DNA of 64,000 nucleotides from Rhizodiscina lignyota (Eukaryota): NCBI GenBank assembly GCA_010015805.1, contig ML978127.1, positions 1,240,001 to 1,304,000 of the forward strand, read 5' to 3'. Shown piece by piece: positions 44,911 to 59,136 of this stretch (position 1 is its first letter; each line of letters starts with the position of its first letter). The notes under the pieces were generated by a model. It saw only the letters and a program-made list of their open reading frames with translations, ran no database searches and was not told where the DNA came from. The position numbers and the translations under genes were made by a program.

Positions 44911-47109
44911 CAACTGCTCTATTTCAAGCTCAGATCTTGCCAGATTTGAGGCGCAAGGTTTCTCCCTTGACTCATCTGGATTTTTAGGTGGTATGTGCGG
45001 AGAATCTTAAAGCATCTTGTCGAATGCCTCCAAAGCCTTTCTCGTCTGTTCCAGTTGACGACGTGAGACACCCATTTCGCTTTCTCACAATCAACTCTGG
45101 TCACGTGGGGTTAAAGAGAAGGACTGTAGTCGATTCTATGCCATAAAATGTTGTGGCACGAAAAGATTTTGCTCTTTAAAATAAGCGAGAGCGTCGCTGA
45201 AAGCTGGACTCGATGTGCCTCAGAGAGCATTTGTTATGACTGCACGAGTTCGATGACTATCATTTGCATTGATTGAAGAGACTGTGCGTCCCAACGTTTC
45301 AATTACTTCTACTCACGGCTCAGCTATTCCGTCAAGCTCGAGACGAGGTCCACCGAACAACCTTAAAATGGAACACGATTAAGGCCTGATGCTTTATGTA
45401 TCGCCCCATCCCAACTGGCCACAAATTGTCAGTGATGAATGAACGAAAGCCCCACCAAGCTCCAACAATTGACCAAACACCTCAACCAAAGCACGAGCCA
45501 GTCGCTCTGTGGTATAAAAGAGCATCCACAGCTCTTTCCTTTCGCTCTTTGGGTGCGCCCTTGCGGTGCACCCCAGTCCTCGCCGATCAATCCAAACCTC
45601 GCCTTGCTTAGAAGTTTCGAAAACAAGACGATATGCGAATCACTTACCGGTGCCGATGCGTCGGATGCATTTCAGGAATCACACTGCTCGAAAGGTCCAT
45701 ACTGATTGTTGGCGCGGCCCATTGAAGCCAAGGTGCGGAGCTCGAGCTCACTGGGCATCCCATCAACAGATCAACTCCAATGGGTGATGAGAACGAGGGT
45801 TGTTCGCACCTTGGAAACAGTGGTCGTAGACGGCGCTTGGTATGGAACAACGAGGTCGATTCAAATTGTTGCTGATCGAATGTTTGGCCTGGCGTCGATC
45901 GCGCAATGCGCAAGATGGGAGGGCTGTGGCGTTCAAGAGGGGTTATTTTTTAATTTTGTTTCTGTTGCTCGGTTAGTTCATGGACTCTTGGAAACTTCGC
46001 CGATGCTTCGATTGACCGAAACAGAGAGTGGAGAACTCACTTTTTGCCATGCTCTCTGTCATCATACCCACGACAGCGCATCAGCCATTCCACTATCCAC
46101 AGCCACCAGTCCCCGAAAGTTGAGATAAGGCAAGGCAAAATAATTTGGTCTAAAAGGAAGCCGGCGCCACGACCAAGGATGAAGACGGCCATCCTTCTCA
46201 CCCACGATTTGGGGGTCGCGCAACCGGAAGACTTCCTTTGTTCTTTTGCTGCCCGTTGTTCGATGTATTTGGGAGGCCGGCGGGCCGGAGCAGGTTTGGA
46301 CTCTTTACGACGTCGGTGCATGAAGCCAACGCGTGTTGAGTGGAAGCTTTACACCTGCATCCAGCCCAGTCGGGCGGGATAGCGGCGAGGCTGGCCAGGG
46401 CGAAGGAGCATGGGACTTGGTAACGAATGTTGTAGTAGGGAATGTTGAATTCATGCAAAGAGAGAAAAAAGAAAAGATGAGACGAATTGAACCAGTTTTA
46501 TCATACCACAGTATCTTGATCATACCTGCCTCAGAGAAACTGGACGGAAGCAGAGTGTCCTGCTCAATCGACTGCCCAGGAGTTCACCTGCCATACGGAC
46601 AGGCGCCAAGAGGCATGATCAATGATGATGAAGAAGATGCAGAAGAGACGTGGGTTTGTGGTGAGGATATTTATGAGATTTGGGTCATGCCAGGTCCGTC
46701 AAGGCATTATCGTAAGTTGAGCTTCAGCCTCGAAGTATAGAACGGAAACTGTCCCAGGAAGCCTCTTCGACCTCCGCAGGGGTCAATCATTTGGTTATTC
46801 TTGAGCTTCTCTAGATCCAGAAACGTTGCATGGAGGTGAAAGCAAGTTCGTACTTCCCGTACCGTAATTGGTCAGTTACTCGAAAGTGTCCGACTGGTGG
46901 CGCATCTGTGATTGAGGAGTAAGCGATAATGCATATATACTCAGCCACTTTCGCATATATGCATGTGGCTTAGACCTTTTCGCGCCTCAGGTATTGAACA
47001 ATGGATGAGCCGCACAAGGCTGGCGACCAGCCTGATTATAACCTCCCACAGATAGGGCGGATTGAGATTTTAAAGTTAGGGAGAGTAACCTCACGCTCTC
47101 GAGTTCGCA

Positions 47110-48465
47110 ATGCCATCCAACGACAATCATTTATTCAGCGACGATACGGTGTTCTTTGGTGGATTGATCGGCGCTGTTGCTCTGATTGGTATCGGTGCAT
47201 CGTCTGGGAACCGCAGGCACCACAGGACTGACGAAGGCCCAAATTATGCGGAATCTCTGGATATCTGGAAGAATCGCAAATTTCACCACCCAAGGATACA
47301 TCGCTCACATGAGATCCGCCTTATCAGAATTATACCGGGGCTTTCAAACTCAGAGCTTGAATGCAACTTCGTTTATGTAACCGTCGATGAGCTCGTTGGA
47401 GTTCATTATCTCGCCTTATCGTATACCTGGGGTTCTGCAAGATCGATCGACGATCTTGAACAAGTCATTGTGGATGGCAATCCATTTTACGTCCGGAAAA
47501 ATCTGTGGCGTTTCCTAAGGGAAATGCGAAGGAGAAATGAGCTAAGCCCGATATTCATCGACGCCATTTGCATTTCGCAATCGAACATCCGCGAGAAGAA
47601 TGAACAAGTCAGGATCATGAGCAAGATCTATCAGAATGCAAATCGAGTGATCATCTGGTTGGGGAAGCCACAAAGGCATCAGCTGGCCAACCTGGAATCT
47701 TTGACGGACAAATTCAAGCAGTCCCACAACACCGGCACCCCGATCCATCAGGGCAAAATTCACTGGGCCACTGGCGAGAAACTCGCCTTTGAGTATATCT
47801 GTAACCAGCGGTACTGGTCCCGCCTGTGGATAGTGCAAGAAATTTTGCTTGCAAAGGAGCTTGTGATACTCTTTGGCCCATTCGAATTTGACTGGGAGGA
47901 TCTGTCTCGTATACGGCCAGGAATGTTGAGCCCCCCATTCGATGAGGTCTGGTATTCTCACCTTGAGAATTTAGACGGTACTAGGCCTCCATACTACTCG
48001 AGAAGGTCAATAGAGGAGGTGACCAATGCCCACTGGGGTAAAGCGTTGCGTATATTTGACAGCAAAGATGGCTGGGATCGTCGAGCACCTGCGTTCTCAA
48101 CAAGATCTCATCGGACGGGATCTATTCTCGGATATCGTTCACCCGATGACGATAATGACGGAATGCCACTCCATCAAGCTATCATTCTCTTTGGTCAGCA
48201 AGACTGCCATGATCCCAAGGACAAGTTATATGCACTCATTGGCCTCCTCGGTGCCCCTTACAACCGGCTCAGCGTTGACTACAACACACCACTACGCAAA
48301 ATATATAAATTAGCGCTGAAAATAGGACTAGACGAGATCGAACAGCAACTACGGGCCATCCATGGTGACCGTCAGTGGGTCAGAGATGCTCGAGCTGAGT
48401 ACCGTGAGCAGCTATCCAGAGTTTTCGATGATGCCAAAATTACTCAGCTACGGTGGCCCTTTTAA
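47110..48465 (+). CDS. HET-domain protein (451 aa) with N-terminal hydrophobic helix
   Basis: EIRLIRI, YLALSYTWG, IFIDAICISQ, EKNEQVRIMSKIY, YWSRLWIVQE, CHDPKDKLYALIGL. Confidence 0.9.
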   Translation: MPSNDNHLFSDDTVFFGGLIGAVALIGIGASSGNRRHHRTDEGPNYAESLDIWKNRKFHHPRIHRSHEIRLIRIIPGLSNSELECNFVYVTVDELVGVHYLALSYTWGSARSIDDLEQVIVDGNPFYVRKNLWRFLREMRRRNELSPIFIDAICISQSNIREKNEQVRIMSKIYQNANRVIIWLGKPQRHQLANLESLTDKFKQSHNTGTPIHQGKIHWATGEKLAFEYICNQRYWSRLWIVQEILLAKELVILFGPFEFDWEDLSRIRPGMLSPPFDEVWYSHLENLDGTRPPYYSRRSIEEVTNAHWGKALRIFDSKDGWDRRAPAFSTRSHRTGSILGYRSPDDDNDGMPLHQAIILFGQQDCHDPKDKLYALIGLLGAPYNRLSVDYNTPLRKIYKLALKIGLDEIEQQLRAIHGDRQWVRDARAEYREQLSRVFDDAKITQLRWPF

Positions 48466-49469
48466 AGATGTTTCCGGATAGGGCGACGTCTGCTTGGATA
48501 GTGTCAAAAGCAAGTGAGACAACTAAATTAAGTGTCAGAGGCAAAGGATTGGTGGTGAGATTAAGCATACATAGAAGTTTCGGAGGGCGGAGACGAGATC
48601 TCGACAATCGGACAGACAGGCGTCATGTTGCAGCAATTTTCACTATGACATTCTCCCCCTAATTTTGGGAAGGGAAACAGAACGGCTTTCCTCTTATCGT
48701 ATGGCAATTACTAACCCCATTAAGTAAAGTATAAACTTTATACCGCTTGCGCATTGTCTGGAACAAATCTAGCCGAAGATCACCGAAAATTTTCCGGTGT
48801 GACAGTGAAAACTCCTGTATTTCAATCCGACGCGGCAACCTCGCTTTGCGAACGATATCAGTCGTCCCCCAAAAGTGTGCACACTGGCGAAGATACTGAG
48901 TATCACACTGCTGCTGCGTGAGAAAAGCTCATCTACATTATCATTCCGTTAATTAGATGGAAGATACGATACCGCTCAAGCCCAACTTCCGACGAATCAT
49001 GACGAGTCTTGCCACAGCAGGATTTCAGCTGGACTTCAGCTTGGCTTCGCCTCCGAACGATCTACCCCCTTACGGATACTGTAGAGTAAGAGCTGGCGGT
49101 GACAAAGCATATATGTGCTTATGAACAACAAGCTTCTGCAAGCTAAGGTACTGTGGAGGTCTGGAAAGCTTGGGGAGACGAAGCTTTGCATCTTGACTGT
49201 TGCCTGCAACGGAATGTCTAGCTTTACCGTTGTTGAATGAGGATTAAGGCTGCTTCCTAGCTGCAGTCTCTATCAGCTGGGCCGACTTTTGGCTTGACCG
49301 AGAAAAGTCGGTGCAATTTTGACCGGTAAGAGGTATATAAAGTCCATGATATATGTGGTTTCTAGTGCTCTATCGCGACATCATCAGTTTCTTGTTCATC
49401 ACATTCTTGCGTTGTGAGCATTCACTTCCACTTTGAAAGCCTGTCCCTTCTTTGCACTCGTCTTTCACA

Positions 49470-49976
49470 ATGGGCAACGACTGCATCTACCTTTGCAACT
49501 CAGCGCAGAACAACAAGTCCGCCTGCGCATACTACAAACAGATCCTCCCAAAGGCCGGTATTGATGCTGAGTTCAACTGGGGAGGAAACGCTGGTCATCA
49601 GCCAGACGATCTCGTGTATGTCAGCGACGGCGATAATCAAGTGTGGGAGGGCGGCCCTCAAAGTAGGTCACGATTCGGGGCTTGAAACTTCTGTCTTCGT
49701 ACACGCCTTCACACGTCAACGGCGACAGTGACAGTTTGCTGATCACCTCTTTGTGCAGGCTTCACGTTCCCCAGCTCCGGAGTAACACTGAACATCGATA
49801 TTCCCACGAGCGCGCAGCAGTCCCAAGGCGGGATCGTCGATGGGGCTACCGCGAGCAACGGCTTCGAGAATTTTCAGGTCGTTAAAGTCACTGATTTAGG
49901 CGAGTTGGTCACAGACAACGATGGGGTTCAGTTGATGCAGGTGTACATCCTGCTTCCTGTTGGCTTCTCAGTGTGA
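49470..49976 (+). CDS. Small leaderless hypothetical protein (136 aa), 2 exons
   Basis: TATATAAA at ~49334, CACAATGG start; intron 49663-49758 (GTAGGT..GCTGAT..CAG) joins the exons in frame: MGNDCIYLCNSAQNNKSACAYYKQ...QPDDLVYVSDGDNQVWEGGPQSFTFPSSGVTLNIDIPTSAQ...ASNGFENFQVVK...QVYILLPVGFSV. Confidence 0.78.
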
Positions 49977-50337
49977 TCAGAACCCCATCAAACCAACGGG
50001 TGAAAATTCTGCTACTGTCTCTTGACAGTCATCTTTTGTCGGAATTTTATGCGCATTTCTTACAACGATGGGTTTCCATAACCGGTCGATTTGTTCTCAC
50101 GCTCATTACTAGCCACGTGGTAGGAATCAGATTAAAATGATCATGGCCTAGCGAATGCATAACCGACGCTTGGTTGTTTTAATGCATGTCTAATACTGAA
50201 AGGAAGTTATTAGCTGTGAGTGATGAGAGAGTCCCTCTGGGGGACCGTGATGTATTCATTCATAACCCATTCGGATCTACATAATCTAGGGGGTAATGCA
50301 CGTATACGTTTCCAGCTCTTCAATGAAGCGCTATTTT

Positions 50338-51662
<1,325 letters not shown>

Positions 51663-54653
51663 TGCTATCGCGAGTGTGTTCGTTTGTTAGAATCGGCTGT
51701 TGTTGGAAAAGTGGAGCTTGATAAATGATAGTAGCCGCGGAACTTGAAATGTGCCTTTCGAGTCGCTTGCAAGTCAATTGAGTTGAACTGCTGATGGAAA
51801 AATCCCGCCGACAACAAGAAGACGTTAAATACTTGTTCCAAAATCCTATGTGTACGCTGCTTCCTCGCACATGTGCTTGATAATCGTTGCTTGACCCATG
51901 TCATCCCATGTCATAGACAGCTGGTGGTGAGGGCTAGCGCAACGATTCGTTAGACCCACAGGATCTTGCTGTCTTCAGTGCCCTGCATACTCTCCGAATC
52001 AAACCCGTCTTTTCAAGCAATAGCTTAATCGCCGGCACCTCCCCAAACACTTTGTTGAAGCCAAGAGAGTCGGCGCCAGTAGGAAAGAGTTGAGGCAAAC
52101 CGTCGGAAATACCAGCCCTTGGCTTCGGGAATAAGGGAATGAACTTATGGGAGGCGTTCGGACGTGGTATCAAAGTCTCGTACAGCATTGTGGCATTGTG
52201 GGCATCAACTTTAGGGGCAACAGAGGCGAAGATGATACGGAACGCTAACGCGATGCAGGGAAATGCTACACCGAAGCTCAGCCTTTGTCAGCGGCGCCCA
52301 AGGCAGTAGCCGGAGCGCAGGGTTATATAAGCCAGTTCGTCTTTACGGGAATGCCCAAGCTCGTTGAGCCACATGAGGCCACTGATGAGTTCTAATGAAC
52401 GTTCGGGCGGCGAGGGCAGTGTCGGCAACGCTTAATGGGTTGTCCATGTCATTGTACGTATGCACCCCAGTCTTCAATTATTCAGCCAGTAACCGGACTG
52501 GACGACCCATGTAATTGTGCATATTAACTCCTAAAAATCCCAGAGGTTCAGCCCTAGCTGTCCATGTCATACTACATATCTCACTTATCCTTCCACTTCC
52601 TCGCCTGTTTGATGCGCTCCACCGGACAATTCAACGCCTCACCAAGGCGCTTCGGAAACCAGCGAAGCTTGGCGGCTGGATCTACTATCTACAACTGTTT
52701 CAGGAAGATGACATTCGACAGAGGCGATGTTTGACTGGCAATGTTTCTTCTTATCCCGATGTATTCAGGGCAACCGCGGCGACGCCGATACCATTTCTTT
52801 CGGAGACAAGCGAGTACGTTCGGTTAAGGCTGAAGTGTATCTCAGGAACGATAGATCTTGGATTTCCCATAAGAACTAATGAGCATCGTGACGATAATGA
52901 GAGGAAGCAAACCAAGCGATGCAAATATTCAAGGAAAAGACAATCCTTCGATTGTCATGTCTTCTTCTTCACAGACCGATAAGTCTTTGCTAATTCTACT
53001 GATCCATGACTCTTTATCTTCTCCTTCGCTTATATTTCGTCCAAAAAATCGGCTTAATGTATTCATATGACATGCAGTCGTGCCCGGCCAATATTCAATC
53101 GCAAATCCCAAACCCTCAACTTCGTCTGGCGCGCGGTAATCTCAATCTCTTCATCAGACAGCTATACGTCAGTACGCACAAACTGTAGTACATTCAGCAT
53201 CAATGACTTCACATCACGAACACAGTGGACGAAATCCGATCATCCAATCCCTACGCTCATTGTCCAAGACTTTCTTTTCGACCGTCCGAGATTCGTCCGC
53301 AGCAGCAACACTCCTAATATGATTAGCGATATGACAATGGGCTTACCAAGAAAGCGATCACATACTTCGACTAGAGAAGTTCAACCCTGACCACCTAAGC
53401 TGACATGAATTCTCCTCCGTTCTGGGGTCGAAGGATTGCATGTGACGTTCTCATCCAGTGCTTTGACCTCAAAAGGAATGAAGACCGCTAATATCCATTA
53501 GAAAGAGATCAAAGGCCAGCCCGACTCACTGTAAACTACACGCTTAACATGTGCATATGAGTGGAACAAGTTCGAAGTCGAGCGGAGTCTGCCCAGGCAG
53601 TGGCTTGCGCCCCGGTATGCGGATCACAGGACCAATTTGGCGCTTCTCGAAGGACACGGTCTCGTTTGAAGCGAAGATGCAGGGCCAAGGATGAAGAACA
53701 AGAATGTGAAAGCGAATGGTGAGAGCTGCGGCGGTCCTCGCAGAGACATTTACTGCATTCATCATATATCAACGAGTGGCTGGCTTCATTACGTGCTTTC
53801 GAGCTATCGTGGCCCCTTTTCTCTGAGTGCCTCACCAAATACGAGACATTCAGTAACCGTTGCAGGTTACTGGTGGCATAGGGTTAAAGAATCGTGTACT
53901 CCTTGCTGGACACTCCGGCTCCGTCATCACCCTCAGATTCTTCATTCCGATGATACGTAGTAAAGTTGCCCGTGTCTCTATCATTGTTCGGTTCTGGGTC
54001 TTCACGCTGCTCCTCGCCGTCTCGAGCAACATCAGAACGATTGTCTTCGCGGACAGTTGGGTCGTCGGAGCCTTGATCGGACATCTTGGAGGTGGCAGCT
54101 TGCGAAGGAGGCGAAGTTAGCATGCTTGAACTTATTAGCGATGCGTGAACGTACTGATATTTCTGATGACTTAGTAATATCAATTTGACGCGATGTTGTT
54201 GCAGGCTCGGTGGACAACACTGAAAGCGGAATCCTTGAAGTACTTACTAAAATGAGGGAGGGCAGAGTTATTTGCGCATTGATATAGTCAAGCAAGCTAC
54301 CCCGCTCGGAGTGATGCCTGAACCTTGAACAAGAAGTCTCTGAATAAATATCAGTTGCCTTAAGATCCTTCAGTTGCCTGAAATTGTGTCTTCTATCCAT
54401 TGGCCGCCTTCGTTACGCCCTACGAGACTTCATACGCCCCGTCGGCGTTCAGGCAACGGAACTGACTCGTGCGCATGAGCGACTGAGTTGATAGAAACCT
54501 GTACACTTAGCTTGATGATAGCATATTTTTCAATTGCTCCTATGTAGACGGCATGGTCTTAACTCTGACCGGCCGAGCAACTCCTCCCGACCGCATCATC
54601 TAAATAACCAAAAAGGAAACAATTATAAACCCAGAAATCCAAATAAAACAGCC

Positions 54654-56391
54654 TTACCATCCTTCAATCTCTTTAACCCTCACGTTCAATCCGCCCTTCG
54701 GCTTCGCCGTCACACCGCCCTGAATCTCTAGCTCGAAATTCGGATCCGCAAGCTCAAACTCGAACCTCCCTACCCAAGCCGCCAACAAGCACGCGAACTC
54801 CGCTTTTGCAAAGCCCATTCCGATACAGCTCCTTGGCCCGTGCAAGAACGTCAAAAAACTATAGTTGCTGTCCGCCCCGCCAGTATTCGCCTTTCCGGCA
54901 CCCATCCACCTATCTGGGTTGAATTCTGCAGCATCTGGGCCCCAGAGCTCCGTGGATACATTTGTAGCCCACGGCGCGAGGATGACCGTCGTTCCTTTGG
55001 GTATTGGCTGCCCAATGATTGTCTCATCATGGGCTGCGATGCGGAAGGTAAGCGGCACAGGCGGGAAGACGCGATTCGCTTCCTGGCAGACTGCATGGAG
55101 ATAAGGAATATGATCGATATCGGTGGCCGTGATATTTGCGTTCGCGTCAGTGATAGACGGCAACGCAGCGCGGATCTCGGAGCGCAAGCGTTTTTGGATC
55201 TCGGGGTGCTTGCAGAGAAGATAGACTGCCCAAGTCATTGACGATGCTGTCGTCTCGTGCCCAGCAGCAAGGAAAGTCATGAGCTGGTTCACTAAATCGT
55301 CGTCGCTGAAGCCTCCTGATCCCATGGCTACGCTGAGAATGTCGACATCTGTGGACGCGCCCTTCTCCAGCTTGGCACGCTTTGTTGCGATAAGTTCATG
55401 GCAGATGCGCTTGAGGCTCACTACGGAATCCTCAATGTCAAAGTTACGTTTCATGGGTAGCCGCCGCAAGAGCCACAGCGGAAAGATAATCCCGAGCATC
55501 TGGCCGACGCGAGCACCACGCGATGCTGCGAAGATACGACGGTAGATCTGGCTAAGCTCATTGTCGGGGTTGGCGAGAGAATTGAAGTCCTGGCCCATGC
55601 CGGCAACGCCGATGATATCGAGGGTTACGCGGGAGGCCCAGCTCGAGATCTCAAGGATGTCTGATGGAGGCTCGTTGGGTGCTGTTGGAGTAGCGAGAGC
55701 CGCCGACATGCGGATTACGGATTCGCGCGCCTTGGACCAGAATACGGAGTACAGATCTTTAATATGCCGGAAGGAGAATGCGGGCATGAGAGTCTTGCGC
55801 TGGCGCTGTCTCATTGTTAGCAATATTAGGCTTGTATAACGAGGGAGGAATACCTTGTGCTCGTCGCCCTCGGCGAGTAGGATGCCGACACCGAGTATTC
55901 GTCCAATGCCATTCCTCAACTGCTCAGGTTTGATGAAATCGTAGTTTTTGGTGACGAGGACTTCTCCAAGCGCCTTCGGAGACAGGACCATGACTCTTTC
56001 ATCGTTGAGTGCGGTCCGATAGTAGATCAGGCCATCATTGGGGATGGTCTGTGCCCATTCTCGGTGAGGAGCACCATTTGCGTCTTTCATGATCTTCCAG
56101 AATTGTCCCATTAGGAAGGAATTTCCCTAGAGCCTTGTGAGCAACTGTATTTAGTGCTGAGGAAGACTCGAGCCTTACTTTTGGCTGGGGTAGCTTGCGA
56201 ATTGGACTGAAACATAGTGGGTAGATGATTGCTGCCCATATTACAGTAAGGAGCCATAAGAACAGATAGGCGGAAATAGATGTCCAGATGTATGAAGTGC
56301 GAATTGAATATGCTGGATGATATCGGACGGTGAAGGCTGATACAGCGATTGCAGCAACCATTCGCTGCCACTGAGAAGGTGTGGGAGCCAT
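54654..56391 (-). CDS. Cytochrome P450 monooxygenase (CYP617-like by motif pattern), 3 exons
   Basis: N-terminal transmembrane anchor, introns 56127-56178 and 55806-55853, AAGHETT I-helix, EANR (ExxR), PDRW, and haem motif FLHGPRSCIG. Confidence 0.93.
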
Positions 56392-59136
56392 TGGATGCCA
56401 CCGCCTGAACGAGCCTTTCTCAAAGCGTTGCGACACCTTGGTAGGGGCTCGTCACAAAATCGTCGCGACGCGGCGAGCGAATTTAAATAAGAGTTGAAGT
56501 TGGCGTCCACATAAGCGTGTCAAATACTCGAAGCGCGGAAGGTTGACGTTAGTGGCCGCTGCCTATCTTTAAAAAGTGCACAAACGAAGTGCAGCTCAGC
56601 TCATGCACGAATCGTCCACACTCGAACGCGTTGCGGCCTGGTTATCATCCTGCTGGCAGCGGGCCGAGGCGATGAAATCGTCCAGACTGCTCGTTTGCTC
56701 TCTCACAATCTGCGTGTCACCTTCCCAGTCGTTCGCCCACGGGCCAACATCGATCGCAAGTCCAGTCGTTTTGGGTTTAGTCGATGGAGTGCGGCATGAC
56801 TTTTATCACCGACTCCATCTGCGCGACTTCATCCCTTGAGATCTCGCCGTCGGCGAGGTCCAAAATCGTCCCTTCTTCTTCTGAGAGGGCATTCGGATAG
56901 TGATAAAAAGTCGGCGACATTTCCAGGCACCAACGACGACGTAAGTCTCTGCCTCCTGGCTTGCATATTCCCCTGTTCCGTCCTTCCGCAGCTAGCCAGC
57001 CTCTGTCTTATCGACCACCTCTTCGCCTTCAACTTTTGGAAAGTTCGTCTCATCTTTGATAATTCGACTTTGCTTCGGCTAGTATCAAGACTGATCCGCC
57101 ACCGACCGTTTATGTGATCGACTTTAGCAACGATGTGTCTGCAAAAGTTGGACTTTTGCGCACCTTTCTGTTCCTTCTCTTTATTGTCCTTTCTAATATC
57201 TCAAACGAAAAGATTCAGAGGATGAATGTCTCCTTGCGTCAAGTACATGCACTGAACGGCGACGGCATGTCACTCCTTGTGAGGGAGATGTTGGCTAGTT
57301 CCGATTTTCCGACACCTTTCTGGCGCTGGCAATCACACGATGACCTACTGAGATCAATCATACGTTAACGCTCATTTGGAATATTGCCAGAAGAGGATCT
57401 AGAGGATCGTGCAAATCTAGAGAGCTGGGACATTGCAGGGTACTAAAAAATGTACCCCTCTCGCACATGAAAGGACCCCCCACAACTGTTCTGACGAAAT
57501 ACTCCACGCCGCATACAACTGTAGAGGTCATGCAGGTCCTCGCTGTTTGCTACCACAGCTTGGGTAGATCCGACACGGTGCTTGATTGACGATACTCGTT
57601 TCTCTTACACTATGGCAGAACCGAGATGCTGGCTATTGGCAGCCTTGTTTTGTCGTTGACCTTGTCTAGCCGCTCAACTGTTGCACGAGCCGGCGCACAG
57701 CAGCGATTTGTCTACTGGCATAGCTGAGTGAGGGCCTTGAAGGTGGAGTGATTAGGAAATCGTCTGATCTATAAAGCAACTCGCCATCCGCCATGGGGAC
57801 AGTCTGAACGTGATCATATTCATGGGCACTCAATCTTCCCCAGAGGAGATCCAGAGAGGTTTGCATTGGCGACTTTCTCTTAATTGAGAGCTTCTAACGG
57901 CCGTATTAGTCTCTGTTATCAAAGCTCGATCTCAACATCACGCGGATGTTGATAACGTACCCGCTGTGCCGAAGAAAACATGATTGCTCCAGCTCCGGCC
58001 TTGTCATTGGGAACTTCAAATGTGGTTTCTGATAGCCAAGGATGCGCGAATCCTGTTATGGAGTAAGATCTTCGACGACCAATGTCGTTTCGGAAAGAGT
58101 ACACGCTAGTTTCCAGAATATCGTCATCGCTGGGCGTACAGGAGGTGTTCGAGACTGGAGCTGCACCCGCAGAACTGGTATCCGAGGTCGTTTCCGACGG
58201 TTCATATCGTGCGAGGCAGTTCTTTTCGACCCCGTAACAATTAGCGATGGAGTTCGACAACTGGCACATATTGAGGCCAATTGAACCAATTTCCCACGTG
58301 GGGCGGCAACGCTTTCATTCCACCTGAAAGCCTTGATTAAGCGCCGAAGATGTTTGCTATCTCTTGATCCTGGAGGCGTCCGGGGAAGCTTAGAAGCAAC
58401 ATGGTCCAGGATGGCGGTACAGTTCGTATCATGAGGTGCATGCACATCAAAACGTTGCCTAGAATAAGGTGGAACGCTCAATAGCTGACGAAATTCAGTT
58501 GCAACGGCCTCAATTAGTCTCAATTGGAGATTTTGCCCGAGAAACCGACGTCCCTTAGCCTATGGTTTCGTTTGCTCACCGCTTACCGCCGTTGCGTAGA
58601 TGGTGAAGCGCGATTATGAGGGTGACAAGATTGACAACGCATCAAGCCTCGATGGAGAATGCGCCTGCGCACGAACGTCTCTCAGTCACGAGGTCCCTGA
58701 ATAGAGAAATTTGAATGGTCGACGGGTGTATTCGATGTGGTCACCCAGGGTCAATAGTGTTTCAGGTGTTGGACAATGCACACAAAGTATATTCCACGGA
58801 CAATAGGAAATAACTTCACTATTGTTGGACACCACAGTTACCTCACGTAGTCTGGCCCATATAAACAGCAGGAATTTCCTACTGTCAGCAACTTTCCTCT
58901 TCAGATCACCATCAATCGACCGTTGAAAATCTTTTCGGACTTCCAACGTTCATCACCCATCACAAACCCCTCGATCAACGCAAACCCCCAAAACTATATC
59001 AGGCCCTCGACCCTCGATTCAGATTCCAGTTTCTCAGACACCAAACCTCTTCTTCAAAGCATACAAGCAAGGCTAAAAAGCTCACGCTCAAACGCACTAC
59101 CACCTTTACATCACTCCATCCCAATCAACTCTCACC

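Noticed and set aside
53876..53888. Telomere-like TAGGGTTA
   Set aside because: It is a single 8-mer with no tandem array or supporting structure.
55806..55853. Stop-free 48-nt in-frame segment in the P450 as a coding insertion
   Set aside because: It has GT..GCTAAC..CAG signals and interrupts the conserved EGDEHK-RQRK motif, so it is an ordinary intron.
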